In this document: piece by piece, positions 58,637 to 64,000 of the stretch
Position numbering within the stretch: position 1 is the first letter of the stretch
Layout of the letters: every line of letters begins with the position of its first letter
Source of the DNA: Thermoanaerobaculia bacterium
GTDB lineage: Bacteria > Acidobacteriota > Thermoanaerobaculia > Gp7-AA8
Reading direction: 5' to 3'
Assembly: GCA_035468985.1 (NCBI GenBank)
Contig: DATISF010000064.1
Span: 225-64,224 of the forward strand
DNA: 64,000 bases
Notes under the pieces: model-generated
The model's database searches: none
Seen by the model: only the letters and a program-made list of their open reading frames with translations
Told to the model about the DNA's origin: nothing
Made by a program: the position numbers and the translations under genes

Positions 58637-59839
58637 ATGCCTTTCGCAACCGTATCCGAAGCCGCAGAACTGTATCGTCGCGGAGAGTTCGTCATCATCG
58701 TGGATGACGAGGACCGCGAGAACGAGGGGGACCTCTGCATCGCCGCCGAGAAGATCACGCCCGAGGCGGTGAACTTCATGGCACGGTTTGGGCGCGGTCT
58801 GATCTGTCTGGCACTCACCGAGGATCGCTGCCGCGAGCTCGACCTGCCGCTGATGGTCGAGCAGAACACCTCGAATTTCGGCACGGCGTTCACGGTGTCG
58901 ATCGAGGCGCGGGGACGGGTCACGACGGGAATCTCGGCGAAGGACCGTTACGAGACGGTGCAGGTGGCCATCGATCCGAAGACGCGTCCGCAGGATCTGC
59001 TGCGGCCCGGCCACGTGTTTCCGCTGCGCGCGAAAAGGGGCGGCGTCCTCAAGCGCGCCGGCCAGACCGAGGCGTCGGTGGATCTGGCCACGATCGCGGG
59101 CATGATGCCGGCCGCGGTCATCTGCGAGATCATGAACGAGGACGGCACGATGGCGCGCCTGCCGGATCTGCGTGAGTTCGCGATCCAGCACGGGCTGAAG
59201 ATCATCTCCGTCGCCGACATCATCAAGTACCGGATGCAGAACGAGAGGCACGTGCACTGCGTGGCTTCTCCGAAGCTGCCGACCGACTACGGCGAGTTCC
59301 GCGTCTACGCCTACACCAGCGACATCAACGGCGAGGAGCATGTGGCGCTGGTCATGGGAGACGTCAAGGAAGACGACGACGTGCTCGTCCGCGTGCACTC
59401 GTCGTGTCTCACCGGCGACGTCTTCCACTCCAGCCGCTGTGATTGCGGCGACCAGCTCGAGCGCGCGTTCGAGCTGATCGCGGCGGAGAAGAAAGGCGTC
59501 GTTCTCTATCTGCTGCAGGAGGGACGGGGGATCGGCCTGATCAACAAGCTCAAGGCGTACGAGCTGCAGGACCAGGGCGACGACACCATCGAAGCGAACG
59601 CGAAGCTCGGCTTCGCACCCGACATCCGCGATTACGGCACCGGCTCGCAGATTCTCCGCGACCTCGGCGTCCGCAAGATCCGGCTCATGACGAACAACCC
59701 GGCGAAGTACGTCGCCATCGAAGGCTTCGGTCTCGAGATCGTCGAGCGCGTGCCGCTCGAGATCGCCCCGTCATCGACGACGAGGAAGTACCTCGAAGCG
59801 AAGAAGAAAAAGCTCGGGCACATCCTGGAACTCGTTTGA
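58637..59839 (+). CDS. ribBA: Bifunctional 3,4-dihydroxy-2-butanone-4-phosphate synthase/GTP cyclohydrolase II
   Basis: RibB N-terminal domain (DRENEGDL), RibA Zn motif [15 protein letters not shown]. Confidence 0.9.
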   Translation: MPFATVSEAAELYRRGEFVIIVDDEDRENEGDLCIAAEKITPEAVNFMARFGRGLICLALTEDRCRELDLPLMVEQNTSNFGTAFTVSIEARGRVTTGISAKDRYETVQVAIDPKTRPQDLLRPGHVFPLRAKRGGVLKRAGQTEASVDLATIAGMMPAAVICEIMNEDGTMARLPDLREFAIQHGLKIISVADIIKYRMQNERHVHCVASPKLPTDYGEFRVYAYTSDINGEEHVALVMGDVKEDDDVLVRVHSSCLTGDVFHSSRCDCGDQLERAFELIAAEKKGVVLYLLQEGRGIGLINKLKAYELQDQGDDTIEANAKLGFAPDIRDYGTGSQILRDLGVRKIRLMTNNPAKYVAIEGFGLEIVERVPLEIAPSSTTRKYLEAKKKKLGHILELV

Positions 59840-60540
59840 CCGCGCACACAGGACCCATTCTCGAAGGACGCGGCGACACGGACTACGAGCGGTACGTTCG
59901 CGTCCCGGAGCTGCTCGAGCTGCAGAAACCGGTCGACCAGCTCGTCAATCCTGACGAGGCGCTGTTCCAGATCACGCATCAGACGGCGGAATTATGGCTG
60001 AAACATCTCGACTACGAGCTGCACCGGATCGCCGGAGCGATCGCCGCCGGGGACGTGACGCTTGCCGCGGGCCTGCTCCATCGGTGCCGCATGCTCCTGG
60101 ACCTGCTTCGCGAGCAGATCGTGGTCCTGGAGACGATGGCGCCGGCGCACTACCACGAGTTCCGGGTGGGGGCGCTGGGGCGGGGGAGCGGGCAGGAGTC
60201 GCCCGGATTCAACCGGATTGTCGAGGCGGGGAAGCTGATCTGGCCGCCGTTCGAGCAATTGCTGCAAAAACGATCGATCACGGTCCTGGAGATCGAGCGG
60301 AATCCGCGGGCGCACGAGCCACTGTTCCGTCTCGTCCAGGGACTACTTGACTATGATGAAGCGTTCATGAAGTGGCGCTTCACGCACATGCGCCTGGCCT
60401 TCCGGATCATCGGATCGAAGGTTCTGTCGCTGAAAGGTGTACCGGCCGCACAGTTGGAGGCGGGAACGCGCGAACCGTTGTTCCCGGAACTCTGGGAAAC
60501 GATCAGCGCATTGACGTCCGAATTCAAGCCGAGTTATTGA
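59836..60540 (+). CDS. kynA: Tryptophan 2,3-dioxygenase
   Basis: [16 protein letters not shown] and haem-pocket region; TTG start in TTGA overlap with ribBA stop. Confidence 0.7.
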   Translation: MTAHTGPILEGRGDTDYERYVRVPELLELQKPVDQLVNPDEALFQITHQTAELWLKHLDYELHRIAGAIAAGDVTLAAGLLHRCRMLLDLLREQIVVLETMAPAHYHEFRVGALGRGSGQESPGFNRIVEAGKLIWPPFEQLLQKRSITVLEIERNPRAHEPLFRLVQGLLDYDEAFMKWRFTHMRLAFRIIGSKVLSLKGVPAAQLEAGTREPLFPELWETISALTSEFKPSY

Positions 60541-60671
60541 GGCCCGTCAGTTCTCGGTTTCTTTGCATTCTGCCAAGGTGTCCAACCGAAAGCGGGCGCA
60601 TCCGTGACATAAAGTTTTTCGGAGTGAAGTTTTTTTCCTAAGATCTCTGGTTTCAGCCAGTACTGAATTGC

Positions 60672-60700
60672 TTGACGGTGAAAAACGCGATCTGTATATT
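60672..60700 (+). promoter_or_regulatory. Sigma-70-like promoter TTGACG-17 nt-TATATT upstream of TPR/TonB operon, with AT-rich upstream region
   Basis: Consensus-like -35 and -10 hexamers with 17-nt spacer in a 250-bp relatively AT-rich intergenic region. Confidence 0.5.
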
Positions 60701-60793
60701 CGCCAGCCATTGCCTGAAGCAGCGGGCCAGCCGACAGCCTGACACGCCCCGCGGAATCAGTTCGCGATCAACAACCTGGGAGTTCTGATCTAG

Positions 60794-61618
60794 ATGAAAA
60801 CGAAGTTGTGCCTTCTCGCGGCACTGGCGCTCTCCATCTCGTCGCTGACGAGTTGCAGGAAGGTGGAAGCGCGACTGCAGATTCGCGACGCGAACACCGC
60901 CTACAACAAGGAAGACTACAAGACGGCGCTCGAGCACTACACCAAGGCGCGGGAGATCGATCCGAAAGGCTTTCCAGAGCTTTCCCGGATGATCGGTTAC
61001 TCGCGTATCGGCCTTTACGTTCCGGACGACAAGTCGCCGGCCAACGAGAAGAACGCCGACATCGCCGCGGCCGAGCTCCGCAACTACCTGAAGCGGAAGC
61101 CGGACGACCGCATCGCCCGCGAGGCCCTCATCAACCTCTACCTCAACGCGAACCGGACGACCGACGCCATCAACTACTTCCGCGAGTGGTTGAAGGACCA
61201 TCCCGCCGACATCGAGGCGGTGCGCTCGATCGCCACCCTCTACGCGAAGCAGGGCAATTTCAACGAGTCGCTGAACTGGTACGAGAAGATCACCCTCCTC
61301 GACAACAACAACCCCGAAGCGTTCTACATCTATGGTGTGGTCTGCTACGAGAAGGTTGCCAAGAACCCCCCGGCCGATCCGGCCGAGAAGATAGCCATCA
61401 TCGAGAAGGGCAAGGGCGCGCTGACCCGCGCCATGAACATGAAGCCGGACTACTTCGAGGCAATCGTCTACCTGAACCTTCTGTACCGGCAGGAGGCCCT
61501 CGTGGAGACCGATCCGGTCAAGCAGCAGGCCCTCATCGCGCAGGCCGAACAGTTGAAGAACAAGGCCGTGGAGATCATCAAGGCGCGGAAAGCGGCCGCC
61601 GGACAAAAAAAGAGCTGA
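60794..61618 (+). CDS. TPR-repeat lipoprotein
   Basis: Lipobox LTSC; TPR-like helical repeats. Confidence 0.65.
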   Translation: MKTKLCLLAALALSISSLTSCRKVEARLQIRDANTAYNKEDYKTALEHYTKAREIDPKGFPELSRMIGYSRIGLYVPDDKSPANEKNADIAAAELRNYLKRKPDDRIAREALINLYLNANRTTDAINYFREWLKDHPADIEAVRSIATLYAKQGNFNESLNWYEKITLLDNNNPEAFYIYGVVCYEKVAKNPPADPAEKIAIIEKGKGALTRAMNMKPDYFEAIVYLNLLYRQEALVETDPVKQQALIAQAEQLKNKAVEIIKARKAAAGQKKS

Positions 61619-61624
61619 TCGAGC

Positions 61625-62362
61625 ATGTTTGAAACCACAGTCGTCGAGTCGCGAAAGCAGAAAATCGGCCTTCAGAAGTTCCTGACGCTTCCGGTCTCGC
61701 TGGCGTTGCACGTGATCGTCATCGCCGCCGCGATCTTTGGAGCCATCTGGAGCGTCGATTTCCCGGCCAACTCGCCGGCGCAGGTCGCGCAATACTCTGT
61801 TGCCGCCGCGCCCCCGCCCCCGCCACCCCCTCCACCGCCCCCACCCAAGGCCGCAGTCCAGAAGGTCGAAGTCAAGCCGGTGGAGGTCCCCAAGGATGTC
61901 CAGAACCTGGCTCCGACCGCCGTCCCTGACACGGTCAAGCCGGTGGAGACGCCGGCCAGCAGCGCCGGCGCCGAAGGCGGCGTCGAGGGTGGCGTCGAAG
62001 GCGGTGTGGCCGGTGGCGTCGTCGGCGGGGTCGTCGGCGGAGTCATCACCGATACCGCGCCGAAACCGGAGGCGCCGCTGCGTGTGGGCGGCGACGTCAA
62101 GGCGCCCGTGGTCATCACCCGCGTCGAGCCGACGTATCCGGAAGTGGCCCGCAAGGCCCGCATCGCCGGCATCGTCATCGTCGAATGCATCATCGACAAG
62201 GGCGGAAACGTCACGAACGTGCAGGTGCTCAAGCCTCTGCCGTTCGGTCTCGACCAGGCCGCCGTCGATGCCGTCAAGCGCTGGAAGTTCAGACCCGGTA
62301 CGTTGAACGGACAGCCGGTCGACGTCATCTTCAACCTGACCGTCAACTTCAAACTGAACTGA
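61625..62362 (+). CDS. tonB: Energy transducer TonB
   Basis: N-terminal TM, poly-Pro spacer, C-terminal TonB domain. Confidence 0.8.
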   Translation: MFETTVVESRKQKIGLQKFLTLPVSLALHVIVIAAAIFGAIWSVDFPANSPAQVAQYSVAAAPPPPPPPPPPPPKAAVQKVEVKPVEVPKDVQNLAPTAVPDTVKPVETPASSAGAEGGVEGGVEGGVAGGVVGGVVGGVITDTAPKPEAPLRVGGDVKAPVVITRVEPTYPEVARKARIAGIVIVECIIDKGGNVTNVQVLKPLPFGLDQAAVDAVKRWKFRPGTLNGQPVDVIFNLTVNFKLN

Positions 62363-62405
62363 AATCCGTCCGGCTCGCGAGCCGGACCTCGGAGGGAACT
62401 GAATC

Positions 62406-63101
62406 ATGGATATGAGTCCTGTAGCACTTTGGAATTCCATGGGAGGCCTCGCCAAAGGCGTCGTCGTCCTCATGGTCCTGATGTCGATCTACTCGATCTG
62501 GGTCATGGTGGAGCGTTACATCACCTTCCAGAAAGCGAAGAATCAGTCGCTGAAGCTCCTCGGCGCGCTTTCGAACCTGCTGACCCGCGGTGAGTATCAG
62601 CAGGCCATCGACGTGACCAAGAAGTACAAGCAGAGCCATCTGGCGAAGGTCATCTCCGCCGGCCTGCTCGAGTTCGAGGCGGCACGCCGCGACAAGCGCT
62701 TCTCCGATCCGGAAGTCGGCGTCGAAGCGGCCCGTCAGGGCATGGACCGCACGGCCATGATCACCGTCGCGGAGCTGAAGGAGAACCTCGGCGTTCTGGC
62801 CACGATCGGCGCCACGGCACCGTTCGTCGGACTGTTCGGCACGGTCGTCGGCATCATCAACGCCTTCTCCAAGATGGCCACCTCGGGCGGCGGCATCGCC
62901 TCGGTTTCGGCCGGTATCTCCGAAGCGCTCGTCACCACGGCGTTCGGACTGTTCGTCGCCATCCCCGCGGTGTGGGCATACAACTACTTCCAGAACCGCA
63001 TCGACCGCTTCACGGTCGAGATGTCGAACTCGGGCTCGGAAATGGCCATCTACTTCATGAAGGAAGCTGGAGGCCCGCATGATAAGACATCGATGGCATA
63101 G
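62406..63101 (+). CDS. exbB: MotA/TolQ/ExbB proton-channel protein
   Basis: 3-TM pattern, conserved C-terminal TM region. Confidence 0.8.
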   Translation: MDMSPVALWNSMGGLAKGVVVLMVLMSIYSIWVMVERYITFQKAKNQSLKLLGALSNLLTRGEYQQAIDVTKKYKQSHLAKVISAGLLEFEAARRDKRFSDPEVGVEAARQGMDRTAMITVAELKENLGVLATIGATAPFVGLFGTVVGIINAFSKMATSGGGIASVSAGISEALVTTAFGLFVAIPAVWAYNYFQNRIDRFTVEMSNSGSEMAIYFMKEAGGPHDKTSMA

Positions 63102-63528
63102 CTCTGTCGGCAAGCTGAGCCATACGGCTCTCAATGCGGACATCAACGTCACGCCGCTCGTCGACGTCTGCCTCGTGCTGCTGATCATCTTCATGGTCGT
63201 CACGCCCATGTTGCAGAAAGGCGTGCCGATCAATCTTCCGGTGACCGAGGATCCGGAGAAGACGCCCGATACCGAGAAGCAGCTGCAGATCTCGGTGAAG
63301 GCGGACGGTTCGGTCTATCTCGGCTCGAACGTGGTCCGCAAGGACCAGGTGCAGGCCGAGCTGGAGAACATCCATCAGCGCACTCCCGACCGCGAGATCG
63401 CCGTCAAAGGCGACAAGCTCGTGAAGTACGGCGACGTTCTCGACGTGCTGAGAGCCTGCCGCGAGGTCGGCTTCAACGACGTCGGTCTCATCTCTCAACC
63501 GAAGAAAGCTCCGGCAAATCAGACATAA
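63079..63528 (+). CDS. exbD: Biopolymer transport protein ExbD/TolR
   Basis: DINVTPLVDVCLVLLIIFMV motif. Confidence 0.8.
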   Translation: MIRHRWHSSVGKLSHTALNADINVTPLVDVCLVLLIIFMVVTPMLQKGVPINLPVTEDPEKTPDTEKQLQISVKADGSVYLGSNVVRKDQVQAELENIHQRTPDREIAVKGDKLVKYGDVLDVLRACREVGFNDVGLISQPKKAPANQT

Positions 63529-63537
63529 GGTCTCGAC

Positions 63538-63951
63538 ATGCAAGTAGGCGGTAGTGGTTCACTCAGATCGGACATCAACGTCACGCCGCTCGTCGACGTC
63601 GTTCTGGTGCTCCTGATCATCTTCATGGTCATCACGCCCGTCGTGCAGATGGGTTACCTCGTCCGCGTTCCGCCGAAGGCGCCCGCGAACCTCCCTCCGT
63701 CCGCGATCCAGGATCAGATCGTCCTTCGGCTGCTCTCGGGTAACCGCGTGCTGATCAACAAGGAAGAGATCCCCATCGAGCAGTTCCCAAACCGGATCCG
63801 CGACATTCTGCGCGGCAACACCAGCAAGATGGTGTTCTTCTCCGGCGCACGCGACGTCGATTACGAGACGACGATGAAGTTCCTCGATCTGGCGCGCTCC
63901 AGCGGATGCAAGAACATCGGCATCATCGTCGAGGACGTCTCGCAGCCGTAG
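63538..63951 (+). CDS. exbD: Biopolymer transport protein ExbD/TolR (second copy)
   Basis: DINVTPLVDVVLVLLIIFMV motif. Confidence 0.8.
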   Translation: MQVGGSGSLRSDINVTPLVDVVLVLLIIFMVITPVVQMGYLVRVPPKAPANLPPSAIQDQIVLRLLSGNRVLINKEEIPIEQFPNRIRDILRGNTSKMVFFSGARDVDYETTMKFLDLARSSGCKNIGIIVEDVSQP

Positions 63952-63961
63952 AGAGGACGTA

Positions 63962-63982
63962 GGGCCGACTCTCAGTCGGCCC
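63962..63982 (+). terminator. GC hairpin GGGCCGACTCTCAGTCGGCCC after exbD2 (family-3 mini-palindrome; no U tract)
   Basis: Perfect 8-bp stem; same palindrome occurs inside GT-C gene at 25637-25664. Confidence 0.4.
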
Positions 63983-64000
63983 GTCCCGCTGAGAGCGGGA

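Noticed and set aside
60653-62473. 606-aa minus-strand ORF spanning TPR/TonB region
   Set aside because: Antisense to three well-supported plus-strand genes (TPR lipoprotein, TonB, ExbB). Composition Arg/Gly/Asp-rich, no domain.

Overview
64 kb high-GC (about 65%) bacterial chromosomal segment. Gene content points to Acidobacteriota: GWxTD-like secreted proteins, a TonB-ExbB-ExbD-ExbD cluster, S46/S9/S8 peptidases and a type II glutamine synthetase. Most of the roughly 55 supportable CDS are housekeeping or catabolic: glnII, glpX, yebC, pncB-like, ribBA, kynA, hbd/crt and a leucine-catabolism-like set, a BMP-family nucleoside ABC transporter, and an ECF sigma/anti-sigma pair. Two loci stand out. 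(1) 24.0-29.6 kb holds a methyltransferase, two tandem GT-C membrane glycosyltransferases, a GT2 polyprenol-phosphate-sugar synthase-like enzyme and a YdjC-family deacetylase, with a third GT-C paralog at 17.5 kb. This is an Arn/Lgm/Hpn-like aminosugar-transfer pathway with an unknown acceptor. (2) 4.7-7.3 kb encodes an alpha/beta-hydrolase (GHSLG lipase/esterase) fused to POTRA plus an Omp85-type beta-barrel. It is a type Vd-like autotransporter with a non-patatin passenger, and a decayed fragment of the same hydrolase domain lies 0.5 kb upstream. The window is also unusually dense in small repeats. There are at least 10 copies of a ~70-140 bp palindromic REP/MITE-like element (core GTCATCCTGAGCCGCGAAGACGGCGAAGGATCTC), always at gene 3' ends. 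A second hairpin family (TGGAGCCCCGGCTTCAGCCGG...GCTCCA) is inserted in frame inside an S8 protease and an MFS transporter. Heptanucleotide (GGGATTC)n arrays abut start or stop codons or sit inside a lipoprotein linker. No CRISPR array, rRNA or obvious prophage is present. One tRNA-Leu(CAA) is found. Many long Arg-rich antisense ORFs in the six-frame track are GC-driven artefacts.
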